This document shows, piece after piece, positions 1 through 10,900 of a stretch of 64,000 bases of DNA. The stretch comes from Candidatus Multivoradales bacterium (lineage in GTDB: Bacteria; Acidobacteriota; Thermoanaerobaculia; Multivoradales; Multivoraceae), in the NCBI GenBank assembly GCA_965223325.1, contig CBDCWI010000001.1, positions 2,080,091-2,144,090 on the forward strand. The letters are read 5' to 3'. The notes beneath the pieces are model-generated. The model had not been told where the DNA came from. It saw only the letters and a program-made list of their open reading frames with translations, and searched no databases. Each line of letters opens with the position of its first letter. The first letter of the stretch is position 1. Position numbers and translations under genes: made by a program.

Positions 1-225
1 GGCTCGAGAACGACGTCGTCGCACCATCAGCTGGATCTCAACTACACCCAGCACTTCAAGCTCGGCGGTCGCTACGACCTGCAGCTACGTGCCGATCTGT
101 TCAACGCCTTCGACAGGCAGACCGGCTACAACATCCAGAACAAGGTCAATCAGGCCAACTTCGGAGAGCCGCGCAGTTTCTACCTACCGCGGCGCTTCCA
201 GGTCGCCGTGCGCTTCGAGTTCTGA
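1..225 (+). CDS. 3' end of TonB-dependent (Oar-like) outer-membrane receptor, partial
   Basis: Frame 1 reads ...LQLRADLFNAFDRQTGY...FGEPRSFYLPRRFQVAVRFEF*; terminal Phe and 'D.FN.F..PR.FQ...RF.F' beta-barrel C-terminus. Confidence 0.8.
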   Translation, partial: GSRTTSSHHQLDLNYTQHFKLGGRYDLQLRADLFNAFDRQTGYNIQNKVNQANFGEPRSFYLPRRFQVAVRFEF

Positions 226-267
226 TCGCGCGGGGGAACCGATAGGAATCCCAGAATCACCCCAGTC

Positions 268-322
268 AATTGCCCGGGAAACGCCCGGGAATTGCCCGGG
301 AAACGCCCGGGAGCTGCCCGGG
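268..322. repeat. Five tandem 11-bp units (A-N3-GCCCGGG)
   Basis: aattgcccggg aaacgcccggg aattgcccggg aaacgcccggg agctgcccggg. Confidence 0.9.
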
Positions 323-331
323 CTTCGTGAA

Positions 332-1384
332 GTGAGCGCCACCCGAAGAGAACTGCTTGTCGGAGCCGCTGGTGCGGTTGTGGCGCGACCGCTGTTGGCG
401 CGCTCGCCTGGCCGAGAGGAAGGTCCGCAGACTACGAACCGCCCGGCGATCATCAAACCGCGGCGTCTCGCACCGGGTGATCGCATCGGGATGATCAACC
501 CGGCACGAGCCGCGTTCAAGGAAGAACCGGTTGAGATTCAGAAGGAGACCTTGGAGGCACTCGGTTTCGAACCGGTCACCGGGCCAAACTTCTTCGCCCG
601 CCGTGGCTACCTCGCTGGAAGTGATGCCGAAAGAGCGGCCGACATCCACCACTTCTTCGCCGACCCCGGCATCCAGGGCATCTGGTCGATCGGTGGCTGG
701 GGATCAGCTCGCCTGCTGCCGCTACTTGACTACGACCTGATCCGCCGCAATCCCAAGGCGTTGGTTGGCTTCAGCGATGTGACCTCGCTTCTCAATGCGA
801 TTCATCACGAAACAGGGCTGGTGACCTTCCATGGGCCCTACCCCTACGACCGCAAGAGCGCCACCTACCTCGAGCGGGTGCTGATCAAAGGCGAGACCGT
901 TTCGTTCACGAATCCCTCTGACATTCTCGAGCGCGACATGGTGCAGCGCGAGAATCGCTTCGCCACCATTCGAGGCGGCAAAGCGAGGGGGCACCTGGTT
1001 GGCGGGAACCTGACGGTGCTCTCAGCAATCGTGGGGTCGCCCTACCTACCCGAGATGGAGGGCGCGATTCTTTTCCTCGAAGATGTCCGCGAAGCGGTCT
1101 ATCGGGTCGATCGCATGATCACTCAGCTCGCCCTCGCCGGCGTGCTCAAGAAGCTCGCCGGTGTTGTCTTCGGTCGCTGCACGGACTGCGAGTCGGGCAC
1201 GTCGTACGGCTCGTTGACCTTAGAAGAGGTCCTACGCGACCACTTTGAACCGCTCGGCGTTCCGGCCTTCCGGGGCGCCATGATCGGGCACATTCGCAGC
1301 CAGTTCGCCTTGCCAATTGGAACCGAGGTCGAGATCGACGCCGACGCGGGTTCGATTCGCATGCTCGAGCCAGCGGTCAGCTGA
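332..1384 (+). CDS. S66 family LD-carboxypeptidase (LdcA/MccF-like) with Tat-like leader
   Basis: GFSDVT nucleophile, GGNL, FLEDV.E and C-terminal GH motifs; GTG start at 332 gives 'SATRRELL'. Confidence 0.88.
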   Translation: MSATRRELLVGAAGAVVARPLLARSPGREEGPQTTNRPAIIKPRRLAPGDRIGMINPARAAFKEEPVEIQKETLEALGFEPVTGPNFFARRGYLAGSDAERAADIHHFFADPGIQGIWSIGGWGSARLLPLLDYDLIRRNPKALVGFSDVTSLLNAIHHETGLVTFHGPYPYDRKSATYLERVLIKGETVSFTNPSDILERDMVQRENRFATIRGGKARGHLVGGNLTVLSAIVGSPYLPEMEGAILFLEDVREAVYRVDRMITQLALAGVLKKLAGVVFGRCTDCESGTSYGSLTLEEVLRDHFEPLGVPAFRGAMIGHIRSQFALPIGTEVEIDADAGSIRMLEPAVS

Positions 1385-1391
1385 CGGTCCC

Positions 1392-2840
1392 TCAGTGCGC
1401 CGCGGCGGTGCGGAGACCCGAGTAGCGTGGCTGGTCGATGGCAGTCTGGTTGGCGACAGACTGCCTCAGGTGCTCGGCGAGTCCGGGCGCATCGAGCCCG
1501 ATCGAGCCGTCGCGAAGTCCGCGGGCCAAACGCCAACGGAGCGCCTCGAGATCCGCCTCGGAGTCGCCGAAGAAGGAGCGTAGGCGCTCGAGTTCCTGCG
1601 CCCGATGCAATGGCCCGACCTTCAGATCGCGCTCGACCACATCGAGTGAGTTCGCCGCCACCCGGGCGAGGAAGTTCATTCGTCCATGGGTGGCACTCAT
1701 GACGTCCTGGCGCAAGAACTCGACGACGCTCACGACCAGTTCCTCGACCCTCGGCATGTCGAGGTCACCACTCGACTCCGGAGCCTCGATCAGAGTCACC
1801 GGCCCCGGGATCAAGAGATTGACGCAGTCGATCTGACACTCCGTCGTCCGCCGGCCGATCGCCGGCCGCTCGACGCTCTGGTCCGGGCCCGTGCGATAGT
1901 GCTCCGCCATTCCCAGACAGCCAACCGCCCACCAGAAGGACCCGAAAACCTCCCACCACTTGACGTGCTCGGGATCGACCGCGTCACCGGTCACCGCTTC
2001 GTAGCCGGCGTAGAAGTCCTCGCGGCGTCCGAAGCCGCCGACCGCCAGCTCGGTCTTGCCGAAGCGCCACGAGTTGGTGCACACCCAGCCCAGGTCGCGC
2101 ATCGGGTCACCGATGTGGGCGATCTCCCAGTCGAGCACCGCAACGACGCCCTCGGGAGACACCATCACGTTGCCGTTGCGAAAGTCGTTGTGGACCAGCG
2201 TGCTTCGTGCGTCTGTCGGCAGGTTGGCAAGCAGCCACCGACCGGTGAAGTCGATCATCGGTTGCGGGGTGTCGAGCGCCTTGTAGCGATCCCAGGTCGA
2301 GTGCAGGTAGACCTCGGGGGTCATCGCAGAGAGCAGCGACCGCAGCCCCGTCGCGTCCAGGTCGATGGCGTGGATGCGCCCCAGAATCTCACCGAACTCA
2401 CGGGCCAGCTTCGGACGCACGTCGGCCAGAGCTTCTGAACGCACGATGCGTGCACCAAGCGTTTCGCCCTCGAGCCATTCCATCAAGAAGCCGTCACCGA
2501 GACCATCGTCCGGCTCGAGGATGCGGTAGACCTCGGGCTCGGGGATTCCCGCGGCGCGCGCCGCCTGCATCAACAGCGCTTCGGTTCGAAGGCCGGGTGA
2601 GGAGCTCCCCTCGAAGGCACTGGTGGCCGAGTCGGTACCGCCGGCAGCCCGGCGCAGACACAACAGTCGCTCTTCTCCGCCGGCCCGAACCGCGACCCGG
2701 TAGGTCTCCTGGCTGGCACCGCCAGAAAGACGCTCCGCCTGCTGCAGCTCCTCGAAACCGTCGATGCAGTCGGCGAGAAGTTCCGCCAGCCGCTCGTCGA
2801 AGTCTGTCGAAGAATCCTTCTTCTGACCCCCCGCCGCCAT
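1392..2840 (-). CDS. APH/choline-kinase-like phosphotransferase with C-terminal helical domain (acyl-CoA dehydrogenase associated)
   Basis: LSGGASQET, HNDFRNGN, LDWE.AH.GDP motifs. Confidence 0.88.
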   Translation of the reverse strand: MAAGGQKKDSSTDFDERLAELLADCIDGFEELQQAERLSGGASQETYRVAVRAGGEERLLCLRRAAGGTDSATSAFEGSSSPGLRTEALLMQAARAAGIPEPEVYRILEPDDGLGDGFLMEWLEGETLGARIVRSEALADVRPKLAREFGEILGRIHAIDLDATGLRSLLSAMTPEVYLHSTWDRYKALDTPQPMIDFTGRWLLANLPTDARSTLVHNDFRNGNVMVSPEGVVAVLDWEIAHIGDPMRDLGWVCTNSWRFGKTELAVGGFGRREDFYAGYEAVTGDAVDPEHVKWWEVFGSFWWAVGCLGMAEHYRTGPDQSVERPAIGRRTTECQIDCVNLLIPGPVTLIEAPESSGDLDMPRVEELVVSVVEFLRQDVMSATHGRMNFLARVAANSLDVVERDLKVGPLHRAQELERLRSFFGDSEADLEALRWRLARGLRDGSIGLDAPGLAEHLRQSVANQTAIDQPRYSGLRTAAAH

Positions 2841-4141
2841 CAGCGACTCGGGCGACTCTTCGGGGCGCTGTCGTCGGTTGTGACTCCCTTGGGTGCTCGC
2901 TGCTTCATGAAGCCAAACATGTAGCCGGCGACCCGGCGCATCTGGATTTCTTCGGCGCCTTCGGTGATGCGATAACGCCGATGGTGGCGGTAGATGTGCT
3001 CGAACTGGCGATGCCGTGAATAGCCCAGGCCGCCGTGCACCTGCATCGCGCGGTCAGCGGCTTCGCAGCACAGCCGATTCGACCAGTAGTTGCACATCGA
3101 CACCTTGTCGGAGACCGCGAAGTTGCCCTTGGTGTCCATCATCCAGGCTGTCTTGTGAATCAGTGCCCGCAGCATCTCGCACTGAGTCTGCAACTCGACC
3201 AGCGGAAACTGAATTCCCTGATTGACCGCCAGCGCTTTCCCGAACGGCTTGCGCACCTGGGCGTAGGCGACCGCTTCGTTGACGCAGTACTGGGCCGCAC
3301 CGAGGCTCGACGCCGCCTGGCGGATGCGATTCTCGTTGAAGAAGTGCTGCACGACCTGCAAGCCACGCCCTTCGCCGCCGAAGACCGTCGTGTCGTCGAC
3401 GTAGACGTCGGTGAGTGAAACGCGCCCATGATCGGTAGGCATGTTGAAAGTCCAAAGCATTTCTTCGACCTTGAAGCCTTCGCTGTCGGTGGGCACCAGA
3501 AAACACGTGATGCCGTGGCCGTCGCCCGCCTTGCCACTGGTGCGCGCGAAGATCAAGTCATGCTTGGCCTTGTGGATTCCGGTGTTCCAGGTCTTGGCAC
3601 CGTTGATACGCCAACCGTCACCATCTCGAACTGCAGTGGTGTCCATGTGGGTGGCGTCGGAACCGTGCTCTGGCTCCGTGATGCCAAAGGCAAACCCTTT
3701 GGTGCCCTCGAGCAGGCCTTCGACCCACTCCTCCTTCTGCGCGTCGGTGCCGTAGGCAAGCATCAGGAGCACGCCGACGTTGTTGCCTACGATCGAATGC
3801 TCGGTTTGCAGGTCGTTGTGTAGACCCAGACCCATCGCGGCGAAGTGCTCGCGGATGATAGCCATTCCAAGATTGGTGCCGTCTTTCCCGCCGTACGCAG
3901 ACGGCAACGGGTAGCGATAGTGCCCTGCAGCGTCCGCCCGCCGCCGAGCCTCGTGCATGAGCGCTTCCCATTGATCGTTGGGAAGGCCACCACGGTCCCA
4001 GTCGGTGCGGGCGTCTTCACGGCGGTGATCGAAGAAGCGAATGTTGTCGTCTTGCTGTTCGAGGGGCTTGATCTCGCGCTCGATGAACTCGTCGAGCTCT
4101 TTTAGATAGGCGACCAGATCAGCCGGAATGTCGAAGTTCAT
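2840..4141 (-). CDS. Acyl-CoA dehydrogenase
   Basis: FGITEPEHGSDA, INGAKTW, R.PFGK.L...QGIQF, MQVHGGLGY, RITEGAEEIQ; ATG at 4141. Confidence 0.95.
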   Translation of the reverse strand: MNFDIPADLVAYLKELDEFIEREIKPLEQQDDNIRFFDHRREDARTDWDRGGLPNDQWEALMHEARRRADAAGHYRYPLPSAYGGKDGTNLGMAIIREHFAAMGLGLHNDLQTEHSIVGNNVGVLLMLAYGTDAQKEEWVEGLLEGTKGFAFGITEPEHGSDATHMDTTAVRDGDGWRINGAKTWNTGIHKAKHDLIFARTSGKAGDGHGITCFLVPTDSEGFKVEEMLWTFNMPTDHGRVSLTDVYVDDTTVFGGEGRGLQVVQHFFNENRIRQAASSLGAAQYCVNEAVAYAQVRKPFGKALAVNQGIQFPLVELQTQCEMLRALIHKTAWMMDTKGNFAVSDKVSMCNYWSNRLCCEAADRAMQVHGGLGYSRHRQFEHIYRHHRRYRITEGAEEIQMRRVAGYMFGFMKQRAPKGVTTDDSAPKSRPSR

Positions 4142-4170
4142 CGATGTGCCTTTCGTGAGGGTTACGAACC

Positions 4171-5616
4171 CTACTGCGCCTTCGCCAGGCGATGGACGAT
4201 GTCGTAGTGGAAACGAGTGAAGCGGTAGAGCTCCTCCTCGACGATGCGCTCCTGATCGGAATGCGCGCCGAACCCCTTCGGGCCGTCTTCGACGTCGCGC
4301 ACCGGCCCGATGCCGTAGCACTGGATTCCCTTCGCACGCAGAAACGCCATATCGGTAGCACCGGTACTCATCGTTGGCAGGGTCACCACACCATAGTGAT
4401 CGGTGACGACCTCCTCAATGACCTTGAAGGCCTCGGTATCGAGTCGAGCATCGCCCGAGCCCGGCCGTACGTTGCGCTTGCCGAGTGACACTTCGACGGC
4501 GTCATCATCGACGACACGACGGACTTCCTCGAGGAACTCTTGAATGTCCTCGTCCGGAAGGGCGCGGGTGTCGACCGAGGCGCGCGCTTCCGAAGGAATG
4601 ACGTTGATCCGGTAGCCGCCGTCGATGATGTTGGGAGAGGTCGAGGTTCGAATCATCGAAGCGTAGAACGGCTCGTGGGTACGAAAATAGATGTCGACCT
4701 CATCGGCAGTCTCCGGGTCCTGAATCCTGCGGTAGCGCTCCGCCGCCTCAGGCGGGCTGATCGTCGCCAGGCGCTCGAAGTAGGCACTGGTGGTCTCGTT
4801 CAGGCGCACCGGCGAACGCCACTGGGCAATGCGCGTCACCGCACGCGAAAGGCGCACGACCGAGTTGGTCTCGAGTGGCACGGACCCGTGACCGGCAACA
4901 CCGCGCGCTACCAACTCGATGCGATACGGAATCTTCTCGAGCGTTTGCACGCTCGCAAAGCGCACCTCACCGGCCTCGCGCCGCACACTGCCACCCTCGG
5001 CGATACAGAACTCCGACTCGATCGCATCAAAGTGCTCGTTGGCCATGAACTCGATCCCGACTTTGGTATTGCCCTCTTCGCCGCTCTCGGCCAAAAAGAT
5101 CACGTCGCGGTCCAGCGGCACGCCCTGCCGCTTGAGCGTGAGCATGATCATGAGCGCCGCCGCGACATTGTCTTTGTCGTCGACCGTGCCGCGACCGTAA
5201 ATGTAGCCGTCCTCGCGCGCAGCGCTGAACGGCGGGTGGATCCATTTGGCTGGATCGACGTTGACCGTGTCGGTGTGGGCCATGATGAGGAGCGGCTTCT
5301 TTTTGCCCGAGCCTTCGAGGCGCGCGACCAGGTTGGGGCGGTTCTCCTCGTTCCAGAAGATCTCGACCGGAATGCCCTCCGCCTCGAGAACCCGCTGGAG
5401 ATACTCCACCACCGGCCGCTCGCCACCGGGCGGCTCGAGCGGCGGGTCGGTGGTGTCCATCTGGACGATGGCCTGGAAGTGCTCGAGAATCTCGGGCTCG
5501 AGCGCCGCCCAGTCCAGCGTTTGAGCAGCGCCGACGGAAAGGCCGGCCGACAGCGACAAGAGGCTCAGGATGGCGATCAGGACCCGAGAGAAGGAAGGAG
5601 GCTGTGTTGTCTGCAT
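4171..5616 (-). CDS. M20/M25/M40 family metallopeptidase, secreted
   Basis: Signal peptide; AHTDTV, GRG..DDK, GEEG, GATD, H...E motifs. Confidence 0.92.
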   Translation of the reverse strand: MQTTQPPSFSRVLIAILSLLSLSAGLSVGAAQTLDWAALEPEILEHFQAIVQMDTTDPPLEPPGGERPVVEYLQRVLEAEGIPVEIFWNEENRPNLVARLEGSGKKKPLLIMAHTDTVNVDPAKWIHPPFSAAREDGYIYGRGTVDDKDNVAAALMIMLTLKRQGVPLDRDVIFLAESGEEGNTKVGIEFMANEHFDAIESEFCIAEGGSVRREAGEVRFASVQTLEKIPYRIELVARGVAGHGSVPLETNSVVRLSRAVTRIAQWRSPVRLNETTSAYFERLATISPPEAAERYRRIQDPETADEVDIYFRTHEPFYASMIRTSTSPNIIDGGYRINVIPSEARASVDTRALPDEDIQEFLEEVRRVVDDDAVEVSLGKRNVRPGSGDARLDTEAFKVIEEVVTDHYGVVTLPTMSTGATDMAFLRAKGIQCYGIGPVRDVEDGPKGFGAHSDQERIVEEELYRFTRFHYDIVHRLAKAQ

Positions 5617-5859
5617 ACCCCGAAGATAGACCATGCCCGCTATCAACTAGCCGTCGTGGCGACGGTCGAGGGTCGGCCAGCGCTCGAGATGAGGGCCTTT
5701 GCACACGCGCTGCGCGCGCCCGGCCACGCTGACTGCCAGCCGAAACGGGGACCCGGGCGGCAAAGCGTCGCCTCACTCGGACACCCCGCCGCCACCGCTG
5801 TTGAATGAAGCGCCGGCGCATCGTTGTGTGACATGCATGCGTTGCAATACACTTGAGCC

Positions 5860-6306
5860 ATGGACATCACGATTCGAAACGTCGACCCGGAGACCTACCG
5901 CCGGATTAAAGCCCGCGCAGCCCTCGAGGGAAGGACGATTGGAGACCTGCTCAACGAAGCGATGCGCAGGCACCTCGAGCGATCGTCGAGTCACGGCGAG
6001 CTCGCCGCAATCACTGCGCGAGAGTCGCTCCGGAAACAACGTGTTCTGCGTGCTTGGAAAGAAGGCCAGAGTGATCCCGAGGTGCGTCGGTCGGCCCTGG
6101 AGTGGCTGGATCGACATCCATCGCACGTGCCCGAGATCAACGACCTCTGGCGAGACGCCCTCGAAGGGCACGGCCCACTCCAACGATGGCTCGACGGCGA
6201 CGAGTCCGCCCTGGAAGCTGCCGGCCAGCCGGTGCGCGCTATCCTCGCCTCGCACCCCTTCGTAGCGTACCTGCGATGCTCTCTCCAGACGACGTCCGCC
6301 GCGTAG
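5860..6306 (+). CDS. Ribbon-helix-helix-like DNA-binding protein, putative antitoxin
   Basis: N-terminus MDITIRNVDPETYRRIKARAALEGRTIGDLLNEAM is FitA/Arc-like; overlaps the next gene. Confidence 0.6.
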   Translation: MDITIRNVDPETYRRIKARAALEGRTIGDLLNEAMRRHLERSSSHGELAAITARESLRKQRVLRAWKEGQSDPEVRRSALEWLDRHPSHVPEINDLWRDALEGHGPLQRWLDGDESALEAAGQPVRAILASHPFVAYLRCSLQTTSAA

Positions 6307-6827
6307 TCGAAGACGCTTCCCGACTCGCTCTGCGCGGCGAACTCGTCGTATTTGGCAGCGGAGCCTTCGCCTTCTGGCTGGAATCGGCACCCGCCACACG
6401 CGATGTCGACGTCTATTGCCTACCGGCAGAAAGGGGTGACGCCATCGAGGCGCTGATGGGTGAACTCTCCTGGTATCACGAGCGCACAGGTGCCTACGTC
6501 GAGGTGTGGTCGCCTGAGACATTTCGAACCAGCTGCGATTGGCGAACCCGGGCCAAGATCCTCCGCAGCGAGGCAACCCCTGAACTGGTTGTAACGGTGG
6601 CTCATCCCCACGACGTTGTCGTAGCGAAGCTGGAGCGCTGCGATGAGCGCGACAAACAGCAGATCAAGTCAGTCCTCGAAGAGCTCCCTCTGTCGCTAGG
6701 CGAACTGGACATTCTCCTCCAGTCGAGCGCCCACGAACGAGGTGAGGTCAACGACCCCGAGCGGGTCTCGCGGTTTCGTCATTGGGCTGCCTGGCTGAAA
6801 GACCTCGTCAAAGACAGTCTGTGCTGA
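6276..6827 (+). CDS. Pol-beta superfamily nucleotidyltransferase (DUF6036-like), putative toxin
   Basis: VFGSGA...TRDVDV motif and 'HDVVVAKL.R..ERD' C-terminal motif; ATG at 6276. Confidence 0.7.
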   Translation: MLSPDDVRRVVEDASRLALRGELVVFGSGAFAFWLESAPATRDVDVYCLPAERGDAIEALMGELSWYHERTGAYVEVWSPETFRTSCDWRTRAKILRSEATPELVVTVAHPHDVVVAKLERCDERDKQQIKSVLEELPLSLGELDILLQSSAHERGEVNDPERVSRFRHWAAWLKDLVKDSLC

Positions 6828-7259
6828 CCCCTGATCCGGGAGGACCCTGGTAACTGCGTTCCAGGCTCTCGGCAACAACGACACCGCTCGCTCCCCCGCC
6901 TGGGTCGATCAGCAGCTCGATCCCGATTCGATCGACGACAGCGTTGCCGAGAGCTGCATTGCCAACGCGGGGTATACGACTCTCTCCAAGGGCCCGCAAA
7001 CGATCTGGCAGGAGCCTTTGGCGCCGGAGCCGGACGGGGACTTCTAGATGCTCCCGCTCATAGAAACGCTCATCGTGAGAACGACAATGTCAGTCCAAGG
7101 TGCCTCGGCTTTGGGGGTCGGAGCGACCATGCGGCCAGCGCTCGCCCGACGGTGCGTAGGGTAGTTCGTGCAGCGTCGTTCGAAGCTGAGAGGTTCGAGC
7201 TCAAACGGCGCCCCTGGTTCCTGACTCCAACAGGGATTCGCTCTCTGTAGAGTCGCGCA

Positions 7260-7721
7260 ATGAGCATCACGACGAGAAGCGCGACCCCGGAGGACGAAGC
7301 GACCTGCATCGACCTCCTGTCTGAGCTCGAGGCGGCGACGGGTTCGGGCGATGGTCCCCGGAGAGAGGTGAGTACCGCATTTCGTGAACTCTTGACTCGC
7401 ACACGCGGCGAGATCCACCTCGCCGAGGAAGCCACGTCTCGAGGCACCACCATCCTCGGCATGGCGACGGTGAGCTACAACGTCGCCCTGCGCTACAACG
7501 GCGAGTACTGCCAGCTCGAAGAGCTGATCGTGACGCCAGCCGCCCGCGGCAAGAGGGTAGGTGGCCTGCTCCTCGAGGCCGCCATCAACGGCGCCCGGCG
7601 CCGTGGTTGCTCCGAGATGGGGCTCTACCTTCTCGAGTCGACAGAGCACAACCGAACGTTCTACGAGAAGTACGGCTTCGAGCTCATCGGGAGCGAACTT
7701 CGCCAGAAGCTGGTGGACTGA
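7260..7721 (+). CDS. GNAT family N-acetyltransferase
   Basis: LIVTPAARGKRVGGLLL motif A and FYEKYGF. Confidence 0.9.
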   Translation: MSITTRSATPEDEATCIDLLSELEAATGSGDGPRREVSTAFRELLTRTRGEIHLAEEATSRGTTILGMATVSYNVALRYNGEYCQLEELIVTPAARGKRVGGLLLEAAINGARRRGCSEMGLYLLESTEHNRTFYEKYGFELIGSELRQKLVD

Positions 7722-7966
7722 GCGCCGCGGGAGCGGCCGCTTCCCGGGACTCGAGTATGTGCTCAGACCACGCTCACCACGGGGCCTCTGGGAGCAGCGC
7801 TTCCCTTCATCGTCGTCCCTCGAGAGCTCACGAGTTCGGCACTACGATCACTCCGCGCCGTCGGGTAGCGCGTCAATCTCGGCCGGCCTGTGCGCGGCTG
7901 CGAGTCGCCTCGATCCGACGGGCTGGGCTAGAGTGGCAGCAAGTCCGACAAAGTGAGGTTGCTGCG

Positions 7967-10900
7967 ATGTCTCTTCTTCCGTGGAGAAAGTCTTGTCTCG
8001 CCGTGCTGACGGCGATTCTTCTGTTCCCGTTCGGGCCGGCGCTCGCCCAGAACGATGCCGACCGCCAGGCCGAAGAGGTCGATCCCAACCAGACGATGGA
8101 TCCGAAGGCCTTCGAGGGCCTCGAGTTCAGCCACACCGGCTTCATGCGCGGTGGTCGGTCGACCGCCGTTTCCGGCATTCCCGACGACCCGCTGACCTAC
8201 TTCGCCGGCTACACCGGAGGCGGAGTCTGGAAGACCAGCGACGCGGGGATCAGCTGGGAGAACATCTCTGACGGGCACTTCAATGTGGCGTCCATCGGCG
8301 ACATCAAGATCGCACCTTCGGACCAGAACGTGATCTACGTCGGCACTGGCTCGGGCTGCCCGCGCGGCAACATCTCTATGGGCGACGGCATCTACAAGTC
8401 GACCGACGCGGGTAAGAGCTGGAGCCATGTCTTCCAGCCGGGCTTCGTGCAGATCCCCGAGATGGTGATCCACCCGCAGAACCCGGATCTCGTCTATGCG
8501 GCAGTGTTGGGCGACGTCTTCGGCCCCAACGAAGAGCGCGGCATCTACAAGACGACGGACGGAGGCGAAAGCTGGGAGAAGATCCTCTTCGTCTCGAACG
8601 AGACCGGCTTCAACGACATCGAGATGCATCCAAAGAACCCGCGCATCCTCTACGCTTCGGCGTGGAGCGTCTACCGCAAGCCGTGGACGATCCACTCGGG
8701 GAGTGAGGATGGCGGTATCTGGCGCAGCAAAGACGCCGGCGAGACCTGGGAGAAGGTCGAGGGTGGGTTGCCCAAGGGTGTTCTCGGCAAGATCGACGTC
8801 ACCATTTCGCCGGCGAACCCCGACCGGATCTGGGCTCTGATCGAAGCGCCCATGCCACTCGGCGGGGTGTACCGTTCCGACGACGGCGGAGAGACCTGGC
8901 GCCCGATGTCCAAGGAACGCAAACTCCTGCAGCGCGCCTGGTACTACATCCACATCTTCGCCGACCCGAAGGACGAGAACACGGTGTACGCCATGAACAC
9001 CGGCTTCTACAAGTCAATCGACGGCGGCAAGACGTTCTCCGAGTCCTTCAACCCGCGGCACGGCGACAACCACGACCTATGGATCAACCCCGACAACCCG
9101 CTGTACTCGGTGAGCGGCAACGATGGCGGCGTCAACGTGTCGCTCAACGGAGGAAAGACCTTCTCCGAGCAGATGAATCAGCCGACGGCCGAGTTCTACC
9201 GTGTCACCGTCGACGACGACTTCCCCTACAACGTTTATGGCGCCCAGCAGGACAACAGCACCGCAGCGATGAGAGCTGCGGCCGGAGGAGGCAGCTTCTT
9301 CGGGGGTGGCGGAGCCGACTTCTTCGAGGTCGGGGGCGGCGAAAGCGGGCACATCGCCGTCGACCCCCGCAACAACAAGGTGATCTATGCCGGCAGCTAC
9401 GGCGGCGCCATCACCCGGATGGACCGAGAGAGCGGCGTGACCCGAAGTGTGCGCGCCTACGAGGACTCGCCCACCGGCCAGCAGGCTGCGGACTTGAAGT
9501 ATCGCTTCCAGTGGAACGCGCCGATCCGGATCTCGCCACACGACCCCGACGTCGTGTACCACACGTCTCAATACGTACACCGCACCAGGAACGCCGGCAT
9601 CGACTGGGAAGTGATTTCTCCCGACCTGACGACCAACAACGGCGAATACCAGCTCTACTCAGGTTCGACCGGAATCACGCAAGACAACACCGGAGTCGAG
9701 GTCTACACGACGATCTTCGCCTTCGAAGAGTCTGCACTGACTGCGGGCCTGCTCTGGGCCGGCTCGGATGACGGCCGGGTTCACATCTCGCAGGACAACG
9801 GCGAGAGCTGGCAAGACATCACGCCAGCGAACATCCCGGAAGGCGGGACGGTCAACATGATCGACGTCTCCGCCCACGATCCTGGGCGCGCCCACCTGGC
9901 GGTCTACAAGTACCGCGAGCAGGACTATCGCCCCTACATCTTCCAGACGAATGACTACGGCGAGAGCTGGAAGCTGCTCACCGATGGCACCAACGGCATC
10001 CCCGAAAACCACTTCGTGCGCGTGGTGCGCGAGAACCCAGAACGCCGGGGCATGCTCTTCGCCGGCACCGAGTTCGGGATGTGGGTCTCGTTCGATGACG
10101 GAGAACACTGGCAGTCTTTTCAGCTCAACCTGCCGGTGGTTCCGGTGACCGACATGGTGATCAAAGACAACGACCTGGTCCTCGCAACCCAGGGCCGCGC
10201 CTTCTACGTGCTCGACGACTTCTCGGTGCTGTCGCAGCTGACCCCCGAGATTCTCGAGGCTCCGATTGCCCTCTTGGATCCTCTAGATGGAACGCAAGGG
10301 GCTGGCAGCACACAGATCGCCTTTGTCGTCAACGAGATCTCTCGCGATCCGATCAAGATGGTTATCACCGACCCTGAAGGCGAGGTCTTCCTGGACAAGG
10401 AGGGGTTCGTGACCGAGGGCGACGGCGGGGAGGAGAACATTCGCATTCCTTCCTTTGTGCCGGAAGAGATGAAGGAGCAGTTCATCGAGGCTGTAAAGCG
10501 CGGCGACACGATCGGCGGCTTCGACCTGTCGGTCTTCCTTGGCAGCGAGGACCAGCTCACCGTCAAGCCGGGCCTCAACCGTACCCCCTTCACCGCTCGG
10601 TGGCCGGCTCCCTACGAGGTGCCAGAAGGTACGGTGCAGTGGTCGTTCGGAGGAGGCGCCGGGCCGGCGGCGATCCCAGGGACCTACACGGTGACGATGT
10701 CGATGGGCGACTGGTCAGAGACCAAGACCTTCGAGTGGCACCCTCATCCCCGTTGGGAGGCCACCGACGCGCAGTACAGTGAGCAGCTTCGTCTCGCCAA
10801 GGAGATCGGAGCCGCCGGAAAGCTGCTCTACGAAGAACTGGCCCAGCTGCGCTCAGTCAAGAGTCAGGCAAGCGCGATCGGCAAGCAGCTCGCCGACAAC

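Noticed and set aside
89-331. N-terminal extension of the S66 ORF (likewise 7607-7966, 4142-4321, 6102-6275, 41023-41232)
   Set aside because: These overlap upstream genes or repeats or look non-coding; downstream starts give proper leaders or domain starts
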